A stretch of DNA of 64,000 nt from Dicyema japonicum (GCA_011109175.1 RDEW01000016.1:986585-1050584), one strand, 5' to 3'; shown: positions 25,851-39,960, counted from the first letter of the stretch. Translations and numbers: made by a program. Notes: generated by a model not told the origin, from the sequence alone.

Positions 25851-26499
25851 TTTTTATAGTTTTTGAATAAGGTCATTGAAAAGGTTAAGACTGTTATTAG
25901 AAAATATTCTATCAACTCACGAATTTTCAAACAACAGATTTTTTGATTCTATTGTCTACGAAACATTTCAAACTAACAGGTCTATCATTTTATTACCATT
26001 TCACGGATGTCACTTTAAAACTATTTGATTTTCTCATTCCATCTACCGAGTCTAGGATCAATAAAATCACTAATGCTTTGTCAAATATGATTTTCTTTGC
26101 ATAAGTTGAACATTAAAGTTTACAAAACTTGTTTGAGGGTATTGGATGTCTTTTTACTTTTTTCTATGCAAAAGTGTAGAAATATTATGCCAAAGGTAAA
26201 TTGACCGAAGCTATTTTTGAGTTTTTTACATGCATTTATTATAGAATTGGAAAAAAACTGTTTGATCCAAGAAATCGATATAAATATATGTGAATACACA
26301 AATAAATTTCTGTCATAAAAACAGAAAATTTTATTGAAATTGGCTATACTACCAAAATAATTCTGGTCAGAAGGGGAAATTGTTGAATAATATTGTAAAA
26401 ATTTTATTGAAGTAAAAAATAATTATAATTTTGATAAAAGAATTTTAATATAAAGATGGCTGGAACTAGTATATCAAAATGACCTACGGAGCAGTGATA

Positions 26500-26670
26500 A
26501 CATTGCCATCTGGTGACGACCTGGACACACTGAGTGATCTGGCTAAGAACAGAAAAGCCTGGAACAAGTTAACTAATTCTCTTATATTTTTTGCTGCACA
26601 TATAAATATTATTAATTAATTAATTAATTAAATATTATGGCTCTCGTGAAAGTGCTAATAATAATAGTTA
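26500..26670 (+). mobile_element. RTE-like LINE extreme 3' end
   Basis: SGDDLDTLSDLAKNRKAW, then TTATGGCTCTCGTGAAAGTGCT(AAT)n. Confidence 0.75.
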
Positions 26671-27197
26671 TGTCAATATTAGTTTATATATTGATAAGGA
26701 TGACAGGAAAAACTTACTTACTTCACCGTAGAAGACGCAGTTAGCATATTCAGAAATGTATTTCAGTAACGATTTTGCGAAATTAAGAAGTATCTAGAAT
26801 CTAGATTTTCTGTTAATAAGTTTTTTTCTATTAAAAACGGAACATATTTCTCCATGCATATACGGCTATTTGAAGAATATCCTTCTATCTATTCAGAAAA
26901 GATTTTTATTATTGATAAAATTATTATCTAAAGACCGAACTTTTTTATCCAAAAACGTTTTTAATTACATTATTCTATATTTTAGTAAAGTTTTTAATTT
27001 GTTTTTTCATATTTAAAAAAATTTTTTCTAGATAAATTTTTCATAAAGTTAAAAAAAAGGTCAAAATTTTGATTTTGACAGTCAATAAAGTCAATTTTAG
27101 GTCCAAATTTCTGATTTATAAAGGCAAAAAAATCGCCCTAAAAATCATTTTTGTTTACCTTTGATGAGGATTAAATTGACCTTATAAAAATAAAAAA

Positions 27198-27520
27198 ATG
27201 AAATTAATAGCAATATCTATATTATTCAAACACACAGAAAACGCAAAAACAGACTTCTTGTCGCAAGCGATCTTAAGTCCTTCCGTTACTTTATTCGCTA
27301 CTCGTAATCTATACAGTAATTTCTAGTTCGTCAGTTCATAAACTTTGCCTCTAGGCAAATCAGTGAGAATTCCCTTCAATACCCACCAGACCATCAAAGA
27401 AGAGGTTATTTTTAAAGCTCATGTTGGTAGATTACAACTGTCACGTGTTTGTTCGACCCGACGGACTCTGTGCTGTTGCCATAACCGATTTAGAGTACCC
27501 AGAAAAAATTGCCCACTTTC
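27198..27520 (+). pseudogene. YKT6: Truncated, intron-retaining duplicate of YKT6 fused to an RTE fragment
   Basis: Colinear with 15489-15820 including introns 1-2 and upstream sequence. Contains indels and breaks off after IAHF. Confidence 0.85.
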
Positions 27521-28260
27521 GCGTCATAGTTGACTCTAAGGAGTCTAGACCTTTTCTACCAATGCTGGAATTCCACAAGGGGACACGCTATCACTTGTAT
27601 TGTCTATCATATTTTCGAGGCATCTTTGAGAGATCCAAGATAACAAATTGGATGTCTGTACAACCAATTTATTGAACTCGTCTACGCGGATGATGTTGAC
27701 TTTGTCACGGAAGATCTGAATTATCTCAAAAAATGAAGGGATCTTTGAAAAGATTGTATAAATAGCAGAATGAAGACGATATAAAAATCGGTTTTATATT
27801 TTCATCTGAATTCCGTGACTATCCTATATGTTTATACAGACAGCATCAAACTATTCCTGATCCATGGTCATCAGGGATTGAATGAAAGCTAAAAAGGAAG
27901 CAAATTTGTTGAGTTCTCGGATGGATCAAGAAGATGTGCCATAAACTGGCACAAGGTCCAAAATCAACGGACTATCTTTTACGCACATAAATCTGATGAT
28001 CGCTTTTGAGTCGAATCCTGTCCTTGAACAAATTTCAGTAACATTAGAGTTCTTCTATTCTTTTAATAATTATGACTAACGTACTCGAGATATCAATATC
28101 TTGACTCGATTTATTACGAAAAGTTCATATTGCCATTTCTTAGAAACACTCCATCCATCAGTCTGCCCTCGGATGCAGACGATCTGGACGAAATCAGGAG
28201 ACGAGCACGACAACGAAAAAAATGGAGAAGGCTAACGGAAAGGAAAACATGGCACAAGCT
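27520..28260 (+). mobile_element. RTE-like fragments, decayed
   Basis: PQGDTLS and LVYADDVDFV at 27560-27720; DADDLDEIR at 28160-28240. Confidence 0.65.
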
Positions 28261-29519
28261 AAACCTAAACAGTGTTTACTGGTAAATCCCTTTTGTGGAG
28301 ATTAATCCAGGTCTCCAAAACTAACCACAGGAGAAAGTCTCATATGGACACCAGGATCACAGCTTAGACGACAACACTTGTCCTCCTGTGATTGACAACT
28401 CTCGTCCTTCGGATTAAGTAATAGGACTGTGACATTTTATGTTGATTTTTTAATTTCTTCGGTAAAGGTCGCAACCATCAAAACAAGATACGAGAGAAAA
28501 ATTTGTTGAAATTGGGTATCCGCAGGAAGTTATTCTGACAAGATGGGGAAGTTGGATAGAAGCTGGTCTATATAATTACAAAAATTCCACTGAAGTAAAA
28601 AAATAATTGAAAGTTTCGACGGATAAGGGATTTTAGTCGAAAGATGTTTGCAAGTAGTTTATCAAAACAACCTAAGTACAAATATATCGGCAGTGGGGGG
28701 TATATATGAATTAATAAAAAGGCAGAGGAAACCTATTGTACAATAGAAGTGGCTGTTGAACACATTCTGAAATTATATTTCGGTGACTTTTTATGTGGAA
28801 GTGGAAGATATCTGGAATCTTGATTTTCTGTCTATCCAGTTCTTTCTATCACAAAAATGGATAAACAACATATTTCTCCAAATATACAACTATCTTCAAA
28901 GGTGTCGTTCTACATCATTATCTGTTGGGAGAAGTTTTTTTTGTTGGGAAAATTACTATATAAAGACAACTTCTAATCCTGAAAACGTTTAATAATAATT
29001 CAACCTTTCTGCCGGCGATGTTTCCATTACTCATCTCAGCTAAGGCAGAACTCGCACTTTAATAAAGAATTAAAAAAAAGTTATGTTAATTAATCCAAGA
29101 CTTTGAAATTGTTAACTTCCTTTTCTTTTTTCTTACGTGTCCTGAGACAATCCGGTTCCCCAGTGATTAATCACTGATGACGGTGACGTCACTCGTCAAT
29201 CCCGTTAAACCATATTATTTTGTATTTTAACAGATTTTGATTAGTTTTTTATATTTAATTTTTTTATTATAAATGTATCATAAAGTCAAAAAGGTCGAAA
29301 TTTTAAAGTAAATTTTGAGGTCAAACGTTAGGATTTATAAAGTCAAAAAAGACTTCACTGTTTCTAATTGACATACCAGTAGATGACTACAGAATCACTG
29401 TTATTATAACCATATCGTCACATCCGAAACCATTTAGCATTAACCAAAGCCTCCAAGGTTCAACTGAGCCTTACAAATTGTGTGGAGAAATGCGTTTTTT
29501 TAATTTTGAGAGCAATAGA

Positions 29520-29720
29520 CATGTTTTCCTAGTTGTAAGCTCCAAAAACTTGTCTCAAGGCCCGAGACAACTCTACCTTCAGTATTACATGAAAAGTTAA
29601 AGGGTGTCGGCAGAAAACTAAAATAGATCACAATCTCGATGAATTAATAAAACTTGCGAAAAAGAGGAAACCATGGTACAAAGGGTGGTCGGAGCAGCAC
29701 AAAGGAACTTCAATTGACTT
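29520..29720 (+). mobile_element. RTE-like 3' remnant
   Basis: RPETTLPSVLHEKL..NLDELIKLAKKRKPW. Confidence 0.55.
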
Positions 29721-30100
29721 CTTGTTATTCAGCGATGTCGATAAAATGATAACTTTATATTATCAATGTGATTTTAGGGAAAATTTTCCTCCAAAATTAC
29801 TAAATTTGAAAGTCATTCCAAGTAGATCGAAATCAATAGAATTTTGAGCAAATTCAAAATTCCTAAATTCTAATGAATATGCATTTAGATATTATGATGC
29901 TCTAATATGCTTAATGTTAGAGTAAAAATGATGAGGATACGATAACCTTATTATTTAATTGATCTTATTGTTTCATGACGTAATTAGAAAGATATTGTAA
30001 TAATTTAAAATTTATATTTGACATAATTAAATTAAATCTATTTTAAATAATTTATTTTAAAATATTAATATTTGTTTATTGCTGGAATTTTAGGCATCAA

Positions 30101-32088
30101 ATGGAAGGCCCCTTAAGTAAGTGGACAAATGTGGTACAAGGCTGGCAGTACAGGTGGTTCGTCATAGATATTATGAACGCTGAACTTCTCTACTACACAG
30201 TAAGTCTTATTTTAACCAAAGTCAAAAGATAAAATGGTCAAAAGATTACCCAGAGGTCGCTTCAATCTAAAAAATGCAGCCATTGGAGTAGACGACTTGG
30301 ATAACAGCAAATTCACTATTTTCTGCGAGGGTGACCACGTGGGTTCCAAAACCTTTTACTTCCAAGGTTCCTAAAGTTCATTACTATAGCAATGAACACT
30401 CTCGAGCGTAACACGTGGGTGAATGAAATTGCGAAGGTTATAAACAACCGTACCTCTGTCCTATCGGAAGAAGCCGTGGCAAATGAGAGTATGAATCAGA
30501 TCCAGTCCGATCTGGCTGAGGGAAACCGTCTTGTAGGTCAACTTGGGGGGACTCTCAATGAGCTCCGAAAACTCGTCTCCAATTTCGACAATGCGGCCGT
30601 TTTGGTTAATTCTCTTGAAGTTCCTTTCTAAATAACCTATTTAGAATCAACTGATGGGACTCAACCTCGTTTTCATCAACCTGGGGAAGAAAATTGTACC
30701 GTTTCGTTTAATTGAAGACCACCGATATGATTGCGAGCCCCGTGGAGGACTCACAAAGTGAGGAAGTCGAATTTTTTGACTGCAACGAAGACTCCTTTGA
30801 CGAACCTGATAAAGAACATGTGGACGAAGACGTCTTATACAGTACATATAATAGCTGTAATTGTCATGGTAACTAGAGGTGGGGATGCTGGGTCGGGGGA
30901 GAGTATAATAAAGCACCTGATAAAGCAGGTTCAGATAGGAATGGACCTCACTAAGATAACACTACCGACCCATATTCTCGAAAGGCGGTCTTTTTTGGAA
31001 ATGCTGGCTGACTTTTTTTCTCATTGTGACCTCTTTTCGAATATTACTGACGAACCTGACCCACATGAACGTATGATCTGTGTTGTTCGAGCTTTTCTAT
31101 CTTGTTTTCACGCTGGAAGAGATCCTGAAGTTGTCAAAAAGCCTTATAATCCAATTCTGGGCGAGATTTTTCGTTCCCATTGGAATTTGACTGATGACTC
31201 GTGCCCGGTACATAAATCTGGGCCATTTCCTTGGGCACGTGAAGGTGACATGACTATGCTGGCTGAACAGGTCTCTCATCATCCTCCTGGTTGGATTTGT
31301 TTGATAACTCTAGTGAGTGCCTTTTTTGCAGAAAACAAAAAGAAGGGTTTTTCATTTGAAGGTCAGATTTGGACCAAGTCGAAGTTTCTCGGGCTACACG
31401 TGGTTGTTCATATGGTTGGGACAACTGTGATCAGGTTAGAAGAGCATGATGAAACCTACACAATCTCCTTTCCGTCCGGATATGCGAGGTTTATTTATGT
31501 TCTAATGAAAGATCGATTCTTACTGTTCCCTGGTTCGAATTAGGCGGGAAAGTTCAGTTGACTGCGAGTACGGGGTACTCAGCTCAGGTAGAGTTCCACA
31601 CGAAGGTGGTTGAGGTCTTATTCTAGCCCTCATACAAGAATACAAAGAATCAGATTACTGCACAGATTTTTGCTCCAGGAGAAAGCTCTCCGTTTTCCAC
31701 TGTGAAAGGGGCATGGAACGGATTAATGACTGCAACCTTTGGGGAGAGGTTCTGCAAGTAGTTATTAGTAGTCGGAAGTGTTCTTTGACGCTGGGACTTC
31801 CCCGACTGTAAAGAAACTCATACGACCCATAAGAAACCAGGAGCCAAACGAATCTCGACGGTATGGAGTGTGGTGAATGTAGTCTGTGGTACGACGTGAC
31901 TATGTGTCTGTACAAGGGAAACGTTGTAGGAGCGACGGGACATAAGCACAGACTGGAAGAGAGACAGAGACATGACAAGAAAGTGAGAGAAGAGAACGGG
32001 GTGGTTTATAAACCAAAGGTGGTAGAGTGGGTTATTTTAGTATTTTGAGTTGATTGGGGATGTGTGGAAGTATAAGCCTGTAGATTGA
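30101..32088 (+). CDS. OSBPL9: Oxysterol-binding protein-related protein 9 (PH plus ORD domains), many introns of about 20-25 nt
   Basis: [23 protein letters not shown]|[33 protein letters not shown]|VSAF, R|[12 protein letters not shown] and [10 protein letters not shown] short upstream exon is possible. Confidence 0.95.
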
Positions 32089-33272
32089 TTTATATTAACG
32101 TTTAATTTTAATTTGACTATTTTTGGTTCTGTCGAGTATTAATTTGAATTCTTTTCGGGGGACCACTCGAAGAGAGTTACGGAAAGATAGGCTTTTGGAA
32201 GGGTCTCCTCTGTAACGTCTCTGGAATCCCTAAGAACTGGGGGTTTGTCCATTCAACTAAGAGCATCCTATTATATGTGATTGCGTGGGCTCGAGGAGGG
32301 GGAGCATCGGGCAAAATGAGCTCTCTGTTGGAGCGTGTTGGGATCTCGTATAGTTAGTTTGGCGTTACTTTGGTCTCTGGAATTTTCTGGAACATTTGCT
32401 TTTGGCTGTTACATGATGTGCAATGCAAAAGGAACATTACTCACCTCCATTCCCCCAACGGAAGGGTTTTCACAACTTTAGGAATGGCCCTCCTCTACCT
32501 TTTATGTATCTTTTGGAGGACTTGTGTTTATTGGAAACTGAAAATGCTTAATTAGTTGTTAACAATAAGGCACGAGATCACAAGGAATGAAGCCAATTAA
32601 GTAATCCCAGCTTCTAATAACTCCGAACATTTCCCAACGAGGCCCTGATTTCCTCAGCATGACGAGTAAATGTCATTAACATGTCGAAAGTGATCTCGAA
32701 AATCTTGGAGCATCTTGTAAATTTGATATGTATATCGACAAGGAATAACTCAGGTTCACCCTTGAGTCTCCTATTTGTGGTAAAAAGTGAAGTGTTAGAG
32801 AAGGTCCTACACGAAAAATACAGAGATACTCTTTTACATGCTTCACTTAAAAAGAGGTGGAGTAGTAGGTCCTTTCCCCGTTTTCATCACGTCCTACCGT
32901 CGCGGACATCACTTCATTCATAAACGGAAGAGTTTTCATAATGATTTTAGAAATTAACAACGATTTTGTCAATAATTTATTATGCGATGAATTTAGCTGT
33001 TACCCACGTGTTGTCGCAATGATTTTTCTTTTGTTTATCACCACCTCAACCAAAGCAACTAAATTTAGTAAGTCGGGAACATTTGTTTAAGTTGAGTAAC
33101 ACAGCCACACTAAGTAATCCAAAGCATGAAACTGTTCTCGAATTGTCCTTATATTTTTTGCTTGTGAGTCCCAGAAGACAGCCCATTAATTTGACCAAGA
33201 ACGAGCATAAAGGGAACAGTGAAAGTTCTCGGCATCTGTATAACACGTGTCTAATACGTTTTATAAAAATAA

Positions 33273-33400
33273 TAACAGCATTTTCATGAGAGCCATAATA
33301 TTTATAGCTCGTGGAACCTTCCACCAGGTGAACGAACAGCAGCAAGAATCGAACCCGTAACCTAAGCCACTTTTGCCCGACACCTAACCACTATGCCACC
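33273..33400 (-). mobile_element. Internally deleted SINE-A (head joined directly to tail)
   Basis: TGGCATAGTGG..GGTTCGATTC..GGAAGGTTCCAC|GAGCTATAAATATTATGGCTCTCATGAAA. Confidence 0.8.
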
Positions 33401-34499
33401 TTATGGAAAATAAATTCTCAAAATAATACGGAAAGGTAAAAATATAGTTTATGTCTCTGAAGAAAACTTTGGCTAAGACAAACTTATCCCCACATCATTG
33501 AATCGCTCCAATATACTTGTGACTAGTTGGAATGGCTTAGTCAGAATAAGCTTCCCCCAAAAGTCCACTTCGAGGCCGACTCCTTCCTACAAATTAGTCA
33601 CGATAAAAACAAGTTATTTGGTTGCACCAGATTGCCAACTGAAAAGAAAACGTAGCACTCATTCTTATAATCATTGACTTTATCATAGTCTTCTTTATCC
33701 ACGTTAATGATAAAGTTGGCTGTGAACTGGGCCAGATCGAAAATCTGACGACTTTGTCCTCAAATATAAATTTATAAATGATTAACAGTTCCAATCAATT
33801 TATATGAATTGTTAGTTTCATCACAGACAACAAAGATGTTACTGTTGGTCTTATTTGTGATGTTAACATGTGGTGACGTACAAGAAATTTGAATTCCCAA
33901 ATCACCGAACATATTGAGTAACATTAGTCATATTATCGGGGAATAATTCTAGCAAACGGAGGTTGCTATTGTTTATCAAGAAGACATTCTCATATATTTT
34001 ATGATCTCTCACAATTGGACACTCCTTGTGGTAAATGTTAAGTAGAGCCCACGTCATTGATTCAATTTCTACAAAGGAACTCAAAGTTACTACTTTTGTC
34101 ATTGAGATAGTAATGGTTTGGATTCAGACAGATGTATTCACCATTATTGTCCATATTGTATTTGCAATTTTCATGGGAATTCATTTGTGACTCCCTTTAA
34201 GTGATTCCAACGGAAGAGCCTACATGAAATCACGTTTAAGGAGTCCTCGTATCTGGGAAATATAAAATAAGACTTTGTTGTCAAGACGCATTGAGAATTT
34301 ATGTCACACAGTGAAATGGCATTATATAGATTCAATGTATTGGTTCACCTCATAGAGCAACGTCCATAGATCTTCCATGAAATCGTATTTCTGTGGTACT
34401 GCCAATGTATTCATTAAAATTCATTAACTCTGATTTTTTACGCAACGAACGAAATATATAAAGTAATCAAATTGATTGCGTAATTGACCCTAAATGGGA

Positions 34500-34790
34500 G
34501 AGTGATTTTATCAATGTGGTCGAGTCTTTCAACTCGGTACTACCTGGAATTAATGTCGTACCCAGGGAGCTGACATACTTTCTTGGGTGCCCACTTGAGC
34601 CATCTACTAACAAAAGAGGATGAACTCTCTAGAGTTACGGAGAAACTCTCCATACTCGATGCTCATACAGCGTTCTTTTTTTTGAAGAATAGCATCGGCT
34701 TGCCCAAACTCCTATATGCTCTCCGATGTTCTCCCTGCTTCAAACATCGTGACATCTTCCTGTCACTGGATAATCCATGTTTAACATAAC
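34500..34790 (+). mobile_element. CRE-like internal fragment
   Basis: AFFFLKNSIGLPKLLYALRCSPCF. Confidence 0.8.
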
Positions 34791-34879
34791 TCTTTAAATA
34801 ATTTTATTGATTTATTTAAATTCTGGGTCCCCAAGGCTCGAATCCCCACCCTGGTTTCCCTATTCTGGGTCCCCAAGGC

Positions 34880-35400
34880 GCCCTCATTGACCCTAAATGG
34901 GATAACAATCCCCTTCACTAATTCAACCAAAATACTGGGGAACACATATGACCCACTAATGACCTTCAGCAAACATGTGAGCAACATAATCTCCTCTTCT
35001 CAGCAAAAATTAAACTTTGTAAAAACGCTATTTGGATACTACAAGAGATGGTTCCACCCAACAGTAGATCATCTCTACTACCAATATATACTTCCGTCAA
35101 TCAGCTACTGCTGCACGACATGAGGTACTACATATCCACACCAACCTAAAGAAAATAAATTCTTTCCAAGAGACAGTAACAAAGACTCTACAAAGATCTT
35201 CCTCGATATTAAAACCAACCCCGTTCGCAGGAACTTGTGAGGGAAACGGAAGCCCGATTGCAACCTCAGAAAAAGTGTCCCGTATGTACATGAAGTTCGT
35301 CGGTTCTCGGGACAAACATCATGAAAGGATGAGGAAGATGCTAAGGAAGACAGGATCACGTATCTTTTTAATTTTCGGCGATTCTTGGTTTTAAATAAAT
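34880..35400 (+). mobile_element. Jockey/I-like LINE 3' part
   Basis: LNGITIPFTNSTKILG, LYYQYILPSISYC, GGATCAC tail. Confidence 0.8.
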
Positions 35401-35404
35401 AAAT

Positions 35405-35935
35405 TAGTGTCGACTAGAGAAGTAACAGAGAAAATGGAGATACCTTTCAAAGCTCAGCTGCATGATGACCCTGTTGAAGTTTCTCTTCGACTATGTCTCA
35501 ATGTCTGCTCAGAACGACAATGCAGCAGCGGTGAGACGGTTCACTACATCCAGACAGAGTGCCAGGAGATTTCCTCACCATGGCATGTTAAATTGTCATG
35601 AAAGCTATCGAAGATGCAGAATTCATTATTCTTCTGGAACCCATCGGACTTGACAGGGGCCGGATAACATAACGTGCGTCGGAACCTTGGGAGGTCTATT
35701 GCTTGTGATTAAACGTGGACGGATACCTTCTCAAATTTGCCCAATCATCGCTGTTGAAAAATCTTAAAAAGGAAATACGGGGATCGCACCTTCTAGCCGA
35801 TCTCCTTTGAGACGTCTGGCGTACTTGGCCTCAGCACAGCAAAGTTTGTCAAGCTAATCAGGCAGCTTGCAGGGTTAAAGAAGAGAGACCCTAGAATGAT
35901 TCGATTGCTCTTTCTCAGATCATTGGGCTCGCGAT
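35405..35935 (+). mobile_element. CRE-like 3' fragment
   Basis: SARRFP-HGMLN, LEPIGLDRG and FETSGVLG. Confidence 0.7.
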
Positions 35936-37161
35936 CATGGAGGTATTTCCATTATGTTCAAAAACGTCATCGACCCAGATGCATTTGCGTATGTCAATAT
36001 TGGCTGAACAAACTGGTGGTAGATGATGATGAGGAAAAAGTCCCTGGTAAAACATGACTCCCATGATGTTTGACGTGATATTGACCTGGATAATCGTCTT
36101 ATCAAAGGATTATCATTTGATGTTGTGGTCCCTTTTGTACGTAGTAAACTCATAATGAAGTTGGGGAAATTATAAGCAGTAGTTGAGGGAACCATAGGGT
36201 CAGAGTGTCTAACATTCTCGTGTGACCCAAGTGGCTGCTTGATAATCTTTATCCTTGCCAACGATAAAGCTGATGAAGATGAAAAACCTTGAGAAACTCT
36301 ATAAGGGTTCCTTTACTTGATCTGCAGATGCCCTTCCCTAATTCTAAAAAATTTAATAAAAATGCTGAGTAACTAACGAAAAGCTGAGATAGTATTATCA
36401 TAATATATGAAAATCCATTACATAATCATTGTAATCCTCATCACAGCCTATTATTCACCATCATACCTTCTTATAAATTCCAGGATCCTAACAAATATAA
36501 GAACTCTAAAATATGTTCAAGTTTATCCTAAACAATTGCATTCCACTTGACCTTTAAATGAACAATCTGTTGCAAGGTTGTAGTGAGATAATCCAAAGCT
36601 GATTAAACAGAGAGAATTTGAAGCTAATTAACCTGGGAAAATCCAATACTAAGTAACCGAGTTTTTATTAGTCTGATGGGGATTTTTATGATGAGACAAT
36701 AAGTCTCTTCGAATTATTAACCCCCTGCACCGAACAATGCTAATTTTTTCAAGGGGTGCAATAATTGGGTAATATATGGATTTTAATCCAGTTCACGTGC
36801 CAATCGAATTACATATCTCCTAGAACTATCGAGAAGTTCCACGAGAATGCTTCCCTCATCACTTTCAAACCGTCCTTGGAAGCATAAGAATGGTTCCCTC
36901 ATCCCACATGAAAACGCGGACAATAATCAATAACTCCTTAATCTACCAATTCCCATCGACGTCATTGTATCCACCTGACAGGAGACACGAAAATACCTGG
37001 TCGGAATCCAAAAAAGATCCCTCTCTTTCCCACTCCCATAACGACAGATATAAAGAAAGGATACGGCCCACTCCGACCGGGGGAACTGGATAAAAACTAA
37101 TCAAGTATATTGGGGGTTATTAAATTCTCAAAAACCAATAAATTATAAACACATCAGGCAA

Positions 37162-38170
37162 TCATAAATAATAAACAAACGGTTTGGATGGTCTAAGAAG
37201 CTGGGGGAAATCAAAAGGACAAAGTCCCCAATACAACGGTGCGTCTCTGGAAAGAGTATCTTTGAAATTCCGACAGAATGAGACATTTTTCGGTATCCAA
37301 GAACTCTTATCGTCCTTCATCCTCTCAATTCCCTAAAATAAGCCAGGTCCCAACAGTTTTATCAGTGGCCAATCCATATAACTGCGTGCAGATCATGCAG
37401 ATTGAGAATATCCCAAAGAGGACCCCTTCCAACCACAACAACCAGCAAAAAATAGCCGCGGTGGTCCCCGACATTCCCAAACCGCCTAAATTTTACTTCA
37501 CATCTTACCGACGGAGTCCCTTTCGGTGAGATTCTTTAGAGTCCACGTCGACAGGATAACTGAGTAGACTGAAAGGGAAAAAATATAAAACAGGAAATAA
37601 GAAAACGCCAAACCAAAAATAGTAAGAAGTATTTAAGATTAGCCTCCCCCACGCAGTTGTTGACCCAGGGACAGTGATGATCCATTTTTCGGATACACCG
37701 CCGACAAACGCTGCAATGATGAGCCCGAGCGGGTTTCAGAGAGGAGCAAAACGTGCAGACAAGATGAGAGTACTTGTATACTTCTTCCTCCTCGTTATTT
37801 TCCACAATCCGGGGTACGGATCCCTTGAATTACCAAGAAAAGAAACCGGGTCAGAAAACACGGTCTTCTTGTGGGAAAAACAGCACAGGGATGTGAGAGT
37901 AACGTAAACTGAGGTATAGAGTATGTCCAATACGGGGGAGAAAAGAGGAAGGACGATGAGAGGTCGAATTATTAAAAAATAAATGAGAAATCCGTAGAAT
38001 ATTAGAATCCACGTAAGAAAACAGCAAAAAATGCCCATAAAGTCATTGACGAACCATCTTGGCTGACTTGTTGACAATTGGGGCTTAGTAAAGTCGTCGA
38101 ATGAGATATTTGACCTCATATAAGTCCGCGTATTTGATATTGGCTGTTTATACCTACACAAAACATCCAT
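37162..38170 (-). CDS. ZDHHC3: DHHC palmitoyltransferase, ZDHHC3/7-like, spliced
   Basis: [56 protein letters not shown] and TDKT|GIERMK. Confidence 0.9.
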
Positions 38171-38339
38171 TCCATATAATCAACAAGAATCCCTAGGGCG
38201 CATTATTCATTTCAATAAATAATATTAATTATTATTTATTTATAACATACTCTTGTTAAAATATATTAATTAAAATTTATTTTTATGTTTACGTGTACTC
38301 GGTTTTTTAAAATTTGGAAATTATGCTTCCTTTTCTGAC

Positions 38340-38605
38340 AGGTTTATTCGGTGAATAAGTGCCGGATTAAATCCGGGTTCGAATCTCGCTGCTGTCCATT
38401 CCGGTTACATGCATTTACGATGATTCTGGTTTGTCGAGTGACGGCATCATCAGTGAATACCTTACTGCGGGACCAGATAGTCTACAAAGACTCATATGCA
38501 ACTAAAAGAAAAAGTTAAGAGCAGTCCTTAGTTGGGATAACTTTTCTTTACTCGATTATAGTGTGTCCTGCTCATTCGGATAAGTATTATGGCTATCGTT
38601 ATTAT
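38340..38605 (+). mobile_element. Diverged SINE-A
   Basis: GGTTCGAATCTCGCTGCTG, core GAGTGACGGCATCATCAGTG, tail ATTATGGCT. Confidence 0.7.
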
Positions 38606-38959
38606 TCAACGTGGTTTCTCTCAGGGATTGTGCCAGATTAGATTAAGTGGATAATCTTGAAGCACGGATTAACACAATTTAGTTTTTAAATGCCAATTAT
38701 TTTAATTTCTTTCATTAATAATTCAAAATTTGGAATTTCTGACCTTTATTGATTTTGTGATATTATTTTCATTACCGCAGCTAAGAATGGAATGACGAAA
38801 TTTATTACCTTAAGGATAAATCTCAGAGTCATACGGTAGCTGCCCTAACTGCGTGGCTAGATTCGCTCGAATAACCAGCAGCGCTCACGGAGATCTTCAA
38901 GCGTGTAGAAATCCGATTCCCTAAGCCCAGAGCTTATTCACGGAAAACCCCGGTTTTAA

Positions 38960-39960
38960 AGCGTAAAACCATAATAGTGATAGTTTCACCAGTGCGGCGT
39001 TAGAAACTATCAACCTAAGCGATTCTACCTTCCGGGGACATGCGCAGCTTCTATTAAGTCTTCCTAATGCGTTCCGAATTGCAGTTTCTTTTAGTATACT
39101 TGAGATCAGCATCAAGTATCCCAGGATGTGTGATTCGTGAGCGTTCACAGAATCATGATTCAGTCTCAACAAAGTACTCTTCCATCGCTATATTAGCTGG
39201 GGTATTCAATTACAATTTCAGTACATGTCCGATGAGCCTCCATCTTAAATCAGTGATCTCGAGACTCAAATGACCATTGGAACAAACAAGCTTTCTTGTT
39301 TCTTTTCCTTGGCCCATTCAAACTGAGCATTGTCCTCAGCTGCCTTCGATGGAAAGAGTATATCTCCTGTCCCTCAGCTTTAGACATCGTCAACGTTGAT
39401 GACTGGTTTAACAAGGGCAGGTACTTGATCGATCAGTCAATCCAGTTTTTGTAACTTTATTTAGAGAAGCTGTAGCAGGGGTCTTTCGTTAAACAATCTC
39501 CTCACTGTCTCCAAGTAGGGTCCCAGGCTTATTTGAATTCCTCCATGGTTTATCCGATCTTTTTTGCATCCTTTGATATCCAATAGTTCCGTTTTCAAAC
39601 ATTTATAGTCAGGTACCATTTCTTAAGTTCATTGGGAGATACTTCCAATAGGCGAATAAAAGCTGATCTATCTCCCGATATGAAGTCGACATCGTCAGCA
39701 TAAATGAAATTTTCTATGTCACTATAAATTTTTCGACGGTCTCGTAGCGATATCTACAAGTATATGACAAACAGAAAAGGAAAGAGGGAACCTCATCATT
39801 TCACTGAGTTAGAGTCCAGATATCCTTCACTGCTGTCAGTAGTAGACATCGACGGAATGGGAAAATCCTCGATAAGTAAATGCAAAAATTTTAGTTGCGT
39901 ATTGACATCGTCGGGTTACAGCGCAGCGCTAATTGTGGTTACATAGTATATTCGTCGTTG
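38960..39960 (-). mobile_element. RTE-like LINE fragment, decayed
   Basis: FIYADDVDFI, RWRLIGHVLKL and NTPANIAME. Confidence 0.75.

Noticed and set aside
32100-34440. Several short ORFs that might be a spliced gene or a transposase
   Set aside because: I could not reconstruct a coherent exon chain or a recognisable motif.
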